A DNA stretch of 64,000 bases from Antedon mediterranea. Its lineage: Eukaryota; Animalia; Echinodermata. The stretch spans positions 3,028,201 through 3,092,200 of the forward strand of contig NC_092670.1 in the NCBI RefSeq assembly GCF_964355755.1, in the 5' to 3' direction. The position numbers and the translations under genes are program-made. The notes under the pieces were generated by a model. The model was not told where the DNA came from. It did not search any database and worked only from the letters and a program-made list of their open reading frames with translations. Numbering within the stretch: the stretch's first letter is position 1; the number at the start of each line of letters is the position of its first letter. Below, piece by piece: positions 40,307-54,100 of the stretch.

Positions 40307-40560
40307 CATGTATTGTTGGTCTGGTCAATTTCCCCACGACGTTCTTCGCCGCCTTCGCGTTGGTCCGCCTCGCCTTCAGAATCGGTGAGATCGGGCTCTC
40401 ATATAGGCCTACGGTTGAATTAATTGCATTCAATAACACTTTCTTGCGTATCCATAACGTCGTCTCCTTCATCTTCATCAATTTCGAATTCATAATGGAT
40501 AGTTTCCTCTTCAAAATCAGACTCCGAACTGTCGAGATCGTACACAATGCGTGTTGACAT
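40307..40560 (-). pseudogene. Inverted paralogue of exon 1 of the P2X7-like gene
   Basis: MSTRIVYDLDSSESDFEEET...IQPYM.EP...NNTW|gt versus MSTRIAYDFDSSSSEELEEET...IRPYMYEP...LNW|gt at the left end. Confidence 0.7.
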
Positions 40561-43230
40561 CTTGCCGATACAGTACAGTTTGTATACAAAGAGAGATGCG
40601 TCGCGACCAGGGCAGTGCAGTGTGTTCATCTTATGACGTCACGATTTATCGCCTTGGATTTCCTGCTTCCAAATTCGACTTCGGAGATATAAACTCCGAT
40701 GTATGTAAATCATAAAAAAATCATAATTTACGCTTATAGAATTTATTTTATCAAAACGTACTAATAAAATCAACATATTCAGACCCAAATCAGCCAAAAA
40801 ACGTTATACATCAAATACCATGTTCCATGATCTTTAAGGCGAACCAGATCTGTTATAAGAAGAGTTTACAATGTTGCAAGTCCAAATAGTTTATGTTAAG
40901 GATTACAGTATACGGTAGATGTTTTTACTAACAATAATAAATACAGTATATTTAGCAGATTTAAAAAAAAGTATGAACTTTTTTAAGATGTGAATAATAA
41001 GTTGCCCATAATACTTATTTGCATGAATTATTGTTGAGGTACTGTACATATAATTGATAAGAAAATATACACATGTAACATTAACAATGTACGTCAGTAC
41101 AAAAAGTTTATTATGCATGATTCAAGAGAGTAGCCAATTTGTTTTGTTTTACAGGCACATCGATGGCCATCATAAGTTAATTTGCTTGAACTTTGTCATA
41201 TTAGGAGGCATTGATGGATATTCACGCAAGATTGTTTATCTTAGATGTTGCACAAATAACAAAGCAGAGAGTGTTCTTCAGCTATTTCAAGAAGCTGTTG
41301 GACAGCATGGTTTACCATCACGAGTCAGATCTGATAAAGGAGGCGAGAATGTATTGGTGGCTCGCTTTATGTTAAGCAATAGAGGCTTAAATCGTGGCAG
41401 CCATATAACAGGTTCATCAGTTCACAATCAAAGAATTGAAAGGCTGTGGCTGGATGTCAAACAAACTGTTGTTAAACAATTTCAAGGTATATTTAACTAC
41501 ATGGAAAATTTGGGAATTCTTGATCCCTTAAACCAGATTCATATTTATTGCCTTCATTCGGTATTTTTAAGTCTCATTAATGATTCATTAAGAGAGATGG
41601 AAGGCAATTGGAATGACCATCCCATGAGTAGCGAACATAATCTTTCACCGAATCAACTTTGGCATATGGGATTAAATGCTTATGCATTTACCAATCCTGA
41701 AGAATATCAAGATCTAATTCACAATGGAATTGATGAAGATGGGCCACAAGCTGTTGATGACAACAATAATGAACAGATTGTTGTTCCATATATACAATTG
41801 CCATTAACCAACAACCAAGAACAATTTATTAAATCATATGCACTAGGTGCTAATAAAGCAGATGTTGACCAATGTATAGACATTTATGTCAATTTAGTTC
41901 ATATAGTGGAAGGCATGATGTAAACCCCTAAACAACCATTTAGTAACTATCTCCGATCAGTGATAGTAAACAACCCTAGAAATTAACAAACATTGATTCT
42001 AATGAGACTTTTCACCGGTTTCCGTAGGACCACTAGAGTCTGGTTTTCTTTTTTGAAAAAATATAATACTACTGTAGCACAAATACAACTTTGTGCAATG
42101 GGTAATTTAAATTTACTTTCTATGGACGAGAGAGTTAGTTTTTCTAATATTTATTATAATAATTTTCTCTGTGTATGGTAAGATATTCCAAAAGAACATT
42201 CTTTATTATTTTCAACATATTTGCGACAGCTCTCCAATGTTATATTAAGCAGCTTTTTTCTGTACACATGAAACATTTTAACTGTAAATAAATTTTTTGT
42301 TGTTGCTTTAATCTATTGTTTAGTTTTATTTTATATTATAATTTATATTGTTTGAGGTGTAGCATACGATTGGATAGTGCTTTGCACTCATAACAATCCT
42401 CAGGTGTTTATTTAAATAAATACAGTAACATGATTTTTAACAGTTTTTTGGTGTAAAAACTCAAATTTTTATGATAGCTATATTAATAACGTACAGTAAA
42501 CACAGAGCCTTCAAACAAAAGTTAGAGCTGAGCTCATCTAAACTCAATTGTACTGTGGCTAGAAACTTATACATAAATAAATTTATATTAACAAAATTTG
42601 AATGACATGATTTTTTTTTTAGTAAAAACTATATTTGTTGAATGTTACAGATTTCCCAATGCAAAACAAATACAGAGCTGATCCAAGCTATTTAAAATCG
42701 ATTGTATTTTGGCTAGATTTGCAACATGCAATTTTAACAGGCAGGGGTGGTCGTAGAGGACTATTTTAAGGGTGTTGGCCAAGAAGAGTCCAGCCGCAAA
42801 ACCACATATTTGGCCCATAGAGGAGCGATGCAAATTTTTTTTAATTACACCACTAGATGGCCGGAAATTAATTAATTAAATTTAATTAGCAATTATAATG
42901 AGTACAAATTATTTATTATCAAATCATAATTTTAAAAAGCTAAACAAAAAATAAGAGGCTGCTGCTATAAATATTTTGAGCAAAACGTTTAATTGTATTA
43001 TTTTGAAATAAATGCTAAATAAGTCAGTAAAACCACAATTAGCAAAATTTATTTTCATTTATCCACTATAAACTGTATAAACAGTGTTGCCTAAACAACA
43101 CTCCAGAAAAAAATATTGAAATTTGCAGAAAGAAGGAATTGCCCAGGCAACACCCCTGCGTCTACCCCTATTACCCACAAATTGATTTTTATTGCTTCTA
43201 AACAAATTTTCAATATAGATGTAAAAAAAA

Positions 43231-44553
43231 CTAGAAATTAATTTAACTTTGACGAATTATTGTTGATCATTTTTATAATTTTATGGACATTAATATTTTT
43301 TAAACATGCACGTATGCGAACATACGATCGGAAAATGTTGATGTATGCCTTCCTATTATACGCTTATACTAGTGCTGAGTTGTGTATATTATATGCCATA
43401 TACATTAAGTACAGTATATACTGTATATCTATATACCGTGTAGCATTGGTGAAATTACGGACAAACATCATGTTATCAAAATAAACTTGTGGATAACAAT
43501 ATCGAAAGATAATGAATTGAGCAATAAAATATAACAATTGGAAGAAAATTTGGCACGTAGAAGCGTGGTGCGCGCTCTTTAAAATTTGTATAACTTTGAC
43601 GAAAGAGATGAAAAAACTACTTTTTAACTTCAACTGGCCATATGATAACGTTACAACATCCGATAGACCTAATTTTTAAATAAATTCATATCTACATTTT
43701 ACAAGCTCTCATAATAAGTTATAAAAATCAAGGTCAACTTTATTTCAGAAGAGCTGCAAGGTATTCAAATATCCGTTGTAGGTGAAATTACGTAATCAGC
43801 GTTATTTAAATTTTTAGACATGATGAAATCGTCTAAATGGAAATGTTGGCAACTCATGAGTAACATAATTGGTTGCGGTAGAATATATTAAAAATTAAAA
43901 GAAAATCGATCACAGATAAGCGAGATGCCCTCTGTTCAATATGATTGTCTAAGATGAAACGAAAAAAATCCAATTTTTTTATTTATGTGGCCAAATGATG
44001 ACATATAATTTTGTCTAATATGTACATGATGCATTCATAACTCCAACTCATTGGCTTCCACAATCAGTTTAAAAAAATTGGTAGTAAGCGTCCATTCTGA
44101 AGAGTTATATTTATATATTATAAGGCCTTATTTTTTACCGTTTTTGACACTTTTGTGCAATTAATGTGCGCATTTTGTCATTTTTTAACCTGCTCGTATA
44201 GCGTTATTTAAAGTCGGAATAGACTCAAATTTGGTGAATGTAATTTTGAGCTTTTTAAATTTTTAACGCGCGATTTCACTATTAATTTTTATTTTATTTG
44301 CTATTCTTTTTACCCTTGACATGCAGTTTATGTATAGTGAATTTTATTGACATGTGATTACAAGTAATATAGAGATATGATCGATAATGTGATTTCACAA
44401 AATTGCGTATAAATTACGTCACAGATGAGTGAACTTTTTGAGATAATTGTTACACAAAATAGTGTACAGAAACAATAAAAAGAAAAAAAATAACAATAAA
44501 GATTTCATACAATAATAATAGATAATCATTTTATTCTAAATGATCACCTAAAA
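43231..44553 (-). mobile_element. Older Helentron-type element inside the IS3EU transposon
   Basis: CTAG plus decayed stem-loop at 43231, subTIR hairpin near 44520-44550, and internal similarity to the 1.5-kb units (e.g. AACTGGCCATATGAT.ACGT.ACAACATCCGAT). Confidence 0.65.
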
Positions 44554-45479
44554 ATATAATTACACACGTACATGATTCGTATAGTATACTAATAATATTA
44601 TTTGTCGCATCAACTTCCAAAATTGACCTTTGTGACATTGTTTTTGCAGCGGTATACTTTCAATAAGTTCAAACAAACAACAAAATAAGACAGACTCAAA
44701 AATACTTTTAATGCAGTGTTTAGTTGTTTCAAATACAATCACAAACTTTAAAAAGTATGCAAAACTCCATGAAGGTACCATACAGTACTATAAATACGTT
44801 ATAAAATCAGTTTTTAATCTAATAACAACAAGAAGCGTGTTAAGTAAAATTTCTGTGGAATTATTTAACATACCCATAAGTGCAAAGAAATAGCTTATTA
44901 TAGAGGCTGTTCTTTTATTCTAAACCAAATTTTTTTTTTTAAATAGAAATGAATCCTTTGGTTTATAAGTAACCCAAACATTACCAAAGTATAGTTTATA
45001 TGAATTTCAAGTATAAAAGTACAAGAAAAAAAATGTGGTACATGGTATTAAATGAATGAAAGTAACAAGCATTGAAGATATTTAACATGAAATTATCTTT
45101 ATACATTTAAGATGTAGTAGAAAATCAATTTCTATACATACAAATCAAGTATTGAAGTCTGACATAAATGAGCAATTCATAATATGATTTTTAGGGAAAA
45201 AAACTCTCAATATTATATAATTATTTAAATGTGATTTAAGAATAAAACCCTCCATCATTAAAACATTCATGTAACTATGTTAAAACTGGTGTTCAAAATA
45301 TAACTACCACTGTATGTGATAAAAATAACTTTATGATTGTGTTTCCCAACAATAATATTAAACAAAAATTGTAAAAAAAAAATGTAGCCACTAATTGCAA
45401 AATATTTTTTTTTTAAATTGGAATTAAGACTTTGAATTAAGCTTGATTAAAACAATAAAAACATATTAACAATAACAAA

Positions 45480-47592
45480 ACTGAATGTCATTATTGTATT
45501 AAACATGTTAGCACTTAATTACTAACATTTTAAAGCTATCATTGCTACAATAAAAACTAAATTGTCTAAAGTCTGAATGCTCAAGCATTCAAAGAAACAT
45601 AACAATTGAATAAGATCAGCTATCAACAACATTTTTGGTTTGAGAAAAGAACTGTGTAAAGCTGGTACAAAATTTTAGCATACATGTTAATTCTTGGCAT
45701 GACATCTCATTAATTGCTTCCCGTAACCACTCTTTCTCTTTATGAACATTCTCCAGAGTATCCCACTCTACTATGTCTACCATCAACTCGGGTGTCATAT
45801 CCACATGTTTCATTAGGAAAATAGAACACATTTCATTGCATCTTTCAATGAATGGCATAAGTTCTGTATACTGAAGGCCATCTCTTATGCTTCAGTATCA
45901 CTTTCTTTTGCATCAGATGTAGGACTAAGAGGTAATAAATAGTCACTAATGTTACTGTTAGTTGTACTAACAATATCTCGGGAAGGCAACAAGTACACCC
46001 TCTTGTTTCCATATAAACGATGCAAAAGCTGTGCATTCCTTTCTTGATCATCAGTTAAACGTAGTTTAGTTAATCGTGAACCCATTCCAATCATAAACTC
46101 AAACCTAGAAGATATAATTTATAAAATGTAGATGACAAAATGTTATGTTATTTACTGAAGGGAGGTGAAAGCTGTACACAAGGCATTCTTTTTTTTCTGA
46201 CTTAAAACACTCAGCACCTAAATATCAAGGTACAGTTCATTTATTATTATAGTTATTTATTAAAAACATTCAGAATATGTACTGGTGTGTATATTGTAAT
46301 GACCAATCAAAAATTATTCTGATCTTAACTGTACATCATATCATTGCACACAGGTTAACAAACTTCTTATGTTGGTACTATCACATTATATTGAAAGCTC
46401 AAAGTTAAGATTTTGCAAGGCATTTTGTTTAATCTTTTGAAGATGAAAAGGAAGCTGGAATATTGTTTCTATGAATCAGTCATGCTTGTAACCAATCAGA
46501 ATCCCACTTTCGCTGAGCAAAAACTTATTCAAAATATTTTTTTGCAAATCAAACATTGCTTGTAAACTAAATTTAACATTTTAGTTTTCACTACAGTTAC
46601 AGTACTTTATTTTAAATTTAAATAAATCAAAAGAACTTACTTATTTGGATCACTTTCAATTTCCAATATATCTGAAAACATATTTTCCAATTTTTTGTAA
46701 ACTTCTTTTGCTGTCATGCATTGTTCTAGTTCAACATGATGATAAACATGACCTGTAGTGTTAAAAGTAAATTTCATGATACATAATCAGTAAATATGAT
46801 TTCTCATGTAGACAAAAACAAAAATAGGCCATGTTGAACCTTGAAAATGTTTATCAACTTTCAAAAGATTGAAAAAAAAAATCAATTTATTTTTTAGTCA
46901 AGACAGTGTTCTATACTTTTTATATATTTATTCATGAATTGAGGAATTTTGTTTAAAAAAGTTCATTACTTAAATGTTTAGACTATAAATACATTTTTTT
47001 TAAGTGAATGTGCCAAAAAAGTTTCTGAAACAAAAATTGGTAAGAACAATATTTTTAGTCGCGTGTACGCGACTCTATAGTTCACTATGTCGGTCGGTCG
47101 GTCTGTCTGTTGGTCCGGTATCACTATGCGTTTTAGCACGCGACTTATGGCTGTTGGCCTTGTTTTTATTAGTATTGAATAAAAAAACTGAAATACATAG
47201 TAGATTAGGATAATAATCATAATAAATAACTAACCTTTTTCATCTAGTTTTCCATAGTAATTTGCCCTGGGTATTTGATCGCTTTGTGATGTATCCAATA
47301 AATTGACTTCTTTTAAGTAGAAGTAATTTTGGTTTTGCCTAGAATTAGAGCATGAACGAGACCTTGAATTATCTTGTGTTCTTCTTCTGGTGGTATTTCT
47401 TGATCTTGTTGATGGTGTGGTAAATAAACTATTCATTTCACTATTTAGATCTTGGTGTGGTCTTCTTGCAGTATTTCTATGTGCTTGAGGTTGAGCATTT
47501 GGAGTTACATTCTGAATGATTGTTAAAAAATTGTCATTTGATAGTAGGGATTTGGTTAAATTATCTATATCAGTTGTTGAAAGCGATGCCAT
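45480..47592 (-). pseudogene. Second IS3EU gene: G2E3-like/HECT E3 ubiquitin ligase-like, internally deleted; exons 47592-47235, 46752-46641, 46104 to about 45616
   Basis: Spliced in-frame N-terminus (YFYLKEVNLL..IPR..KLDEKG|HVYHHVELEQCMTAKEVYKKLENMF..K|FEFMIGMGSRL..YGNKRVYLLP). Then KEWLREAINEMSCQELTCMLKFCTS, like a HECT C-lobe (..L.F.TG). Possible decayed A.TCFN motif near 45500. Confidence 0.55.
47053..47164 (+). mobile_element. Minimal DINE-1/HINE-like element in intron 1 of the HECT-like gene
   Basis: TTTTAGTCGCGTGTACGCGACTCTAT, (GTCG/GTCT)n microsatellite, 3' subTIR CACGCGACT, small stem GGCTGTTGGCC, then TTGTTTT. Confidence 0.7.
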
Positions 47593-47719
47593 GGTTTTAT
47601 TTTTACAGTAGTTATCTGAAACAAAACAAATTATTATTAATAATTAAATTCATCAATACAGATACAGTACTGAATTAACTATCCTACTACACAGTACTAG
47701 TGGTGAAGCTCATATTTTG

Positions 47720-48131
47720 TTACCTCCGCCAAGGAGGTTATGTTTTCACCCCTGTATGTTTGGGTGCGTGGGTGCGCGTGTGTGTGTGTGTTTGTGTGTG
47801 TGTCTGTGAACAGCCTGAAGGCCACAGTTTTTAACCGATTCCCACCAAATTTGGACACAATGATCTATGCCCCAAAAGCTCGGACGAAAAAAAAAATATA
47901 TAAAAATAAAAAAAACTCTCAGCGGGATTTGAACCAGGGACCTTAACTGTGAGAGGCTGGATACATAACCATTACACCAAACTCTCATCCACAACTTTGT
48001 AGTGTGCAGTTAGCCTATTTACACTTTAGAACTAATAAAAAAAAAGTTTTAAAAAAAACATTTTCGGAGGGAATTTTATGTAGGGGAATTTTACAGTAGG
48101 CGGAGGTTTGTACTCTCGGAGTACCCTCTAG
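47720..48131 (+). mobile_element. DINE-1/HINE-like Helentron derivative carrying a tRNA-derived segment
   Basis: TTACCTCCGCCAAGGAGGTTATGTTTTC, (GT)n, 3' subTIR GGCGGAGGT, stem-loop GTACTC-TCG-GAGTAC, CTAG|TTT. Minus-strand A box TGGTGTAATGG and B box GGTTCAAATCC at about 47916-47986. Confidence 0.8.
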
Positions 48132-51100
48132 TTTAGATATATTTTAAAGGATTATTCTACATTACAAGAAGAAGAATAGAATATCGCATTTTGTTATTTC
48201 AGTAGTAAAATATTGATTGTTTTACCCAGGTCTAGTAGGGCTAGCTTACAACTAGCTGGGCTACTACTACTAGGCTAGGCCATACCCTGCAGGTTTGGCT
48301 AGCCTAACACCAGCCCTACTGCTGTTATCAACTCCAAATGTGTTATTACTAACTATATCATGAATAGCAAATCTTGGATTTAGGCTTTAAGTAGGCCTCA
48401 TAAGTAGGCTCACGTCTGACCCTTTAATAAAACGTATAAACAAATAAATCCTTTTTTAAATTGATGACAGGTACAGTAAACGCTGACACTTAAGCTGCGT
48501 GATGTAGGCATTTATTAGCTAGTTTATGCGGTTTGCCTAGTTAGGCCTAGGCGGCGCCTATCTATATAATAGGCCTATGCCTCTTGGCCTACTAGTAGAC
48601 TAGCTAGGCTAGCTAGGCCCTGTACTGTTGTAGCTGTACTAGGCTAGGCCTAGTAGTACAGTAGGCCCTATACTGGTTTACAGCTCTAAGGAATGGGCTA
48701 CTTACATACTGTACTGTGTAGGCCTGCCTACCTCAACAATAGGATGACACTGACAGTTGACTATAGTATAGATAGCCCTAATCAACGATTAAAAGAAGTA
48801 TGGGTATGCATTCCAGATTCCATCCAAACATGTGGTGCATGCTCGTCTCACTTGCTGAATACCATGAGGGTGCGTAGAGGTTATTCGAAGGCGGTGGCAG
48901 GCCGCCGGTCATCTAGCCATTCTAGACGATAAACCCCTTTCGAGAAATGGTATGGTCTTCACGCTTGATTAGAGATCTCTAACCAAGCGTTACAAGTGTA
49001 CATTCCTTGTTACAACTACATTTTAAAAGTGTACAACTACATTTTAAAAGTGTACAACTACATTTTAAAAGTGTACAACTACATTTTACAAATGTACAAC
49101 TACGTTTTACAATTACAAACATGCATTTTACAAATACACACACATTTTTAGGTTTACAAATACATTTTGCAATTACACACACACACATTTTAAATGTACA
49201 CATACATTTTTCAGCTACACACTTTTGCTGCTTATGGCGCCCCATAAACGACGACCACCCGATCATTGTGAAATACATTTTTTGTAGATTTTCTAAGCTA
49301 GGCCTAAAGTGTAATAATAACAGTAGTAGCATATATTTATTTGACATTTAATGAAATACAAATTTAGTACAGATTACGGAGTCATAATATACTATTTTTA
49401 TACCTCGAATAGTACAGATCGTATTATCGGCTTCACGTACTAGGCTAGGCCTAGCCTAAATCATTTTTTTTCATGGGTGAGAGCCATTCTGACTAGGGAT
49501 TAAAACGCTAAAACATTGGGGCCCGCGGGCCTAGCTAGCCTACTACTAAACGATTGGCCCACTACTAAACGATTGGCCCATAAATAACAAAACTCAGTGG
49601 ATTCCAAACCCATCCTATCAACCAAACTCCAATATCGCCGTCCGCACGTATGGTGTCCCGATCGTCTAAGTAGGCCTAAAATAGGCCTAGGCCTAGTTTA
49701 CTCTCCAAAAAAAGCGGATACTACTGCATCAAGCAAGTAGACCAGGTACTAGGTATAGCCGATCCGGCCCAGTTAAAAATTGAGCTAGCTAGTGTAGTAG
49801 ACCCTATGCGAATTGATACTACCAGGCCTTTTACTAGGCTACACCTTCTTAAAATTAGCAATACTTATGTTTACAAATATTCCAACTCTCTCATTCGAGC
49901 TATATTATCTATACCATTCCGGTAGGTCGAGTCGACCTTCAATCAAATACTGTACATCGTTCATGTTGTAATTATAGACGGGGTATACTCGACCCGACCA
50001 GTTTGGTATTGTATACTGTATCTGCTTATCACGTGACGATGCCAGGCATGGGCAGGTAGAGCAGGGAGTTGTTATTAGAAACTCCCTGGGTAGAGCACGT
50101 GTATCGTCGTCTCGCTCTCCTCTCGCTAAGCAGGAATGTATACGTTACGCTTCATTGATTTTGAAGGCTTTAAAGGGGGGTTCCGGGTTTAAAATGAATA
50201 GTAAACTAGACATGAAACTCGTCACTTTGACGAGTTAGTTATCCGCACGACAGATGCCACGTGCACGTCATACGTTAAAAACTATAATAAGAGGTGGTCC
50301 TGTATTTTCGCCTTGTATTATAATTATACAGTACACTGTGTATAAAAGGAGACATTAATTCTACATGATACAGAGGGCGGCAAACAACAATTTGCTCACA
50401 TCAGAGACTATGCTGGTGTACATTGTACTACTGTATATTATATGACATATTAACTGAATTATGGGACCTGCCTTTAATTCAAATATTTAACATGATGACG
50501 TCATAAAAAAAACAACACAACGATAGCAATTTCTGAAGAAAATTATCTTAGAAACAACATATTAACGTGTAGAAGAAATTTGAATACGTAAAATGTTGGT
50601 GCGCGCACATTTAAATGTGATGAACTATTACGCAAAATATGAAAATATGACTTTTTTTATTCAACTGGCAATATGATGACGTCACAACATCCGATTGGCA
50701 AAATGTTTACATGAATTCGTATCTACAATCCTATAGCTTCCAGAAAACGTTTTAATCGTGATTATCACATTTTATTCTTACGAGCCAATACAGATTAAAA
50801 TTTACTGTAAAGATGAAATTAATGACCCAAGTAATTAAAATTTTTAGGCATGATGACGTTATAAAAATTTAAATATTTTTATCTCATGCTAAAGAAAGTT
50901 GATTGACCTAGACAATATATAAATATAGGAGAAAAAGGAATACAGATAAGCGTGATGCGCTCCATTGAATGTGATGAGCAATAACGAAACAGACAAAAAT
51001 CCTATATTTTACATTCGTGTGGCCATACGATTACGTCACAATGTTTTTTTAGCCTTATCGATGCATGATCCGATATCTGCAACTCATCAACTTCTAGATT

Positions 51101-54100
51101 TTGTAATAAAAATAAACGGTTCACGGTTTACTTTAGAAACTATGACTGTTTAAAAAAAGACATTATTTTGATGATTTTTTAAGCTTTTTCATAAAAAACG
51201 CGCACAAATTGTCTAATTCAACGTGTTCGTATGGCGTTATTTAAACTGGAAAAGGTCTAAATTGTTTTCAAAATTACTAGGAAAGGCTTGAAAAATATAA
51301 TTCAAGAGAAAAAAATATGTTTTTATCGCTACGTGCGCACCGCGTGCGTAAAAAATTGCGCGCCCGTGGGAATTTTTGACATGCTCAAAATGACATGAAA
51401 CGCGTAAAAAGTTGATTAGAAATTAATTTTGCGCATTTTGAAATTTTAAATGCGCGTGGGCGCGTAACTTCTTGTGAAACATGCCATTTTTAATCCGTAG
51501 AAAGTTTGCCCCTGATATGACTTAAATTTTGGCAAAGTGTCAATACTAAATGACTTTTGGTTTTTAATCTATGATCAATCATTGAAATTCATAAAATTGC
51601 GCGTAAGTCACGTTGCGCAACTATGACGTCATTAAAAAATAGGAGGTGCACAACTTCACGTAAATGCCCATATGTTGTCAAAGTTATGAAATGTTATGTT
51701 TACACATTTTAGAGAAACGCGACTCACAAAAAGGAAGGAAGGAAAGAAGAACTAGACATGTAACTCGTCACTTTGACGAGTTAGTTATCCGCACCACAAA
51801 CGCCACGTGCACTTTATACGTTGGAATATTGCACACAGAAAAAGATTATGGCATTTATGACCTGACCTGAAGAATATGATATGTTGTTATTGCTGAATTC
51901 TGTTATTTTGTGTCATATAGTATACACAGTATAATCTGTATACATATTACATACAGTGTAGAATAGGTGAAATGACTGGACCCGCCATTTCTTCCAATTT
52001 TTAACATGGTGACGGTATCAAAATGAAACACTAAGATAGCAATTTCAGAAGGAAATTATCTCGGCAACAACATATTAACGTGTAGAAAAAATTTAAATAC
52101 GTAAAATATTGATGCGCGCTTTTTGAAATGTAATGAATTATGACGCAAAAGATGAAAATACGACTTTTTTATTTAACTGGTCATATGATGACGTCACAAC
52201 ATCCGATTGGCAAAATTTTCACATGATTTCCTATCTACAATCTAATAGCTACTAGAAAACGTTTTAATCGTTATTATCACATTTTATTCTTACGAGCTAT
52301 AACAGATTAAAATTTACTGTAAAGATGGAATTAATGCTACACGTAATTGAATTTTTTTGGCATGATGACGTCATAAAAATTAAAATATTTTTAACTCATG
52401 CGAAAGATAGTTGATTGACCTAGACAATATCAAAATCGGGGTGAAAATGGAAAACGGATAAGCGTGATGCGGTCCATTGAATGTGGTGAGCAATAACGAA
52501 AGAGACAAAAATCCTATTTTTTACATTCGTGTGGCCATACGATGACGTCATAACTTCCGAGAGGTAAAAATTCTGCATGAATTTATATCTACAATTTATC
52601 TTCTTGCATAATAAGTTAAAACAAATTGGGGTCACCTTTGATCCTGACGAGCTATAATAGATTCAAAATAGGCATAATTTTGACAATATTTTGTCACTTT
52701 TGCAACTAAAACGCATGCAAATGGTCTAAGTCAACGTGTACGTATGACGTCATTTTAACTTGAAATGATGTCAATCTTGTTTAAAATGACTACGAAAGGC
52801 TGGACACTCAAAATTCAAGAAAAAAAACATGGTTTTCATACTCCGTGCGCCCCTTACGCGTAAATTTTTTCGCGCGCGTGGGAATTTTTGACATGCTCAA
52901 AATGTCATGATCAGCGTAGAAAGTTGATTAGAAATTAATTTTGCGCATTTTGAAATTTTAAATGCGCGTGCGCGCGTAACTTCTTGTAAAACATGCCATT
53001 TTTAATCCATAGAAAATTTGCACTTGATATGACTTAAATTTTCACAAAGTGTCAAAACAAAATTACGCTTGGTTTTTAATCTATGGTCAATCATAAAAAA
53101 TCATAAAATCGTGCGTAAGTCACGTTGCGCAACTCTGACGTCATTCAAAAATAGGAGGTGCACAACTTCACGTATTTGCCCATATGTTGACAAAGTTATG
53201 AAATGTTATGTTTACAAGTTTTTGAGATACGTGAGACACAAAAATGGGGGAGAAAGAAATAAGAAAAAAAACTAGACATGTAACTCGTCACTTTGACGAG
53301 TTAGTTATCCGCACGACAAAGGCCACGTGCACGTCATACGTTAGAATATTGCACACAGAAAAAGATTATGGCAATATGACCTGAACTGAAGAATATGATA
53401 TGTTGTTATTACTGAATTCTGTTATTTTTTGTCATATAGTATATACAATATAATCTGTATACATATTACAAACAGTGTAGAATAGGTGAAATGACTGGAC
53501 CCGCCATTTATTCAAATTTTTAACATGGCGACGGTATCAAAATGAAACACTAAGATAGCAATTTCGGAAGGAAATTATCTCGTCAACAACATATTAATGT
53601 GTAGAAGAAATTTAAATACGTAAAATATTGATGCGCGCTCTTTTAAATGTAATAAATTATGACGCAAAAGATGAAAATACGACTTTTTTTATTTAACTAT
53701 TCATATGATGACATCACAACATCCGATTTGCAAAATTTTCACATGATTTCCTATCTACAATCCAATAGCTACTAGAAAACGTTTTAATCGTGATTATCAC
53801 ATTTTAATCTTACGAGCTATAACAGATTAAAATTTACTGTAAAGATGAAATTAATGCCACAGGTAATTTAAATTTTTAGGCATGATGACGTCATAAAAAT
53901 TAAAATATTTTTAACTCATGCGAAAGATAGTTGATTGACCTAGACAATATAAAAATCGGGGTGAAAATGGAACGGCTAAGTTGAGATGCGCTCTATTAAA
54001 TGTGATGACCTATAACGAAAGATACAAAAATCCTTTATTTTATATTTGCGTGGTCATACGATGACGTCATAATGTCCGGTTAGCCATATTAATACATGAT

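Larger units (their letters stand above)
37696..40833. mobile_element. 3.1-kb Kolobok-type DNA transposon (internally deleted) nested in the IS3EU transposase
   Basis: TTAA TSD (37692-37695, 40834-40837); 26-bp identical TIR AGATCATGGAACATGGTATTTGATGT; AG..CT termini; precise removal restores the host frame. Confidence 0.85.
37052..41923 (+). pseudogene. IS3EU DDE transposase (integrase-core), disrupted
   Basis: HTH-like SWKIVAHQLAISVDTLRRRRR. Removing the 37696-40833 insert rejoins EVDPINRSLRRTRSVIRRVYNVASPNSL(W). Last exon has [37 protein letters not shown]. Frameshifts near 37560 and 37627, and a defective donor near 40895. Confidence 0.85.
35840..49246. mobile_element. 13.4-kb IS3EU-type DNA transposon
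   Basis: About 310-bp near-perfect TIRs starting TATGGGGCGCCATAAGCAGC (35840) and ending GCTGCTTATGGCGCCCCATA (49246). 6-bp TSD AACGAC (35834-35839, 49247-49252). Encodes an IS3/IS481-like DDE protein and a convergent second gene. TAY..RTA ends with a 6-bp TSD are the described IS3EU hallmarks. Confidence 0.85.

Noticed and set aside
47916-47986. Functional tRNA gene
   Set aside because: A and B boxes are present but the acceptor and anticodon stems do not pair; treated as a tRNA-derived fragment.
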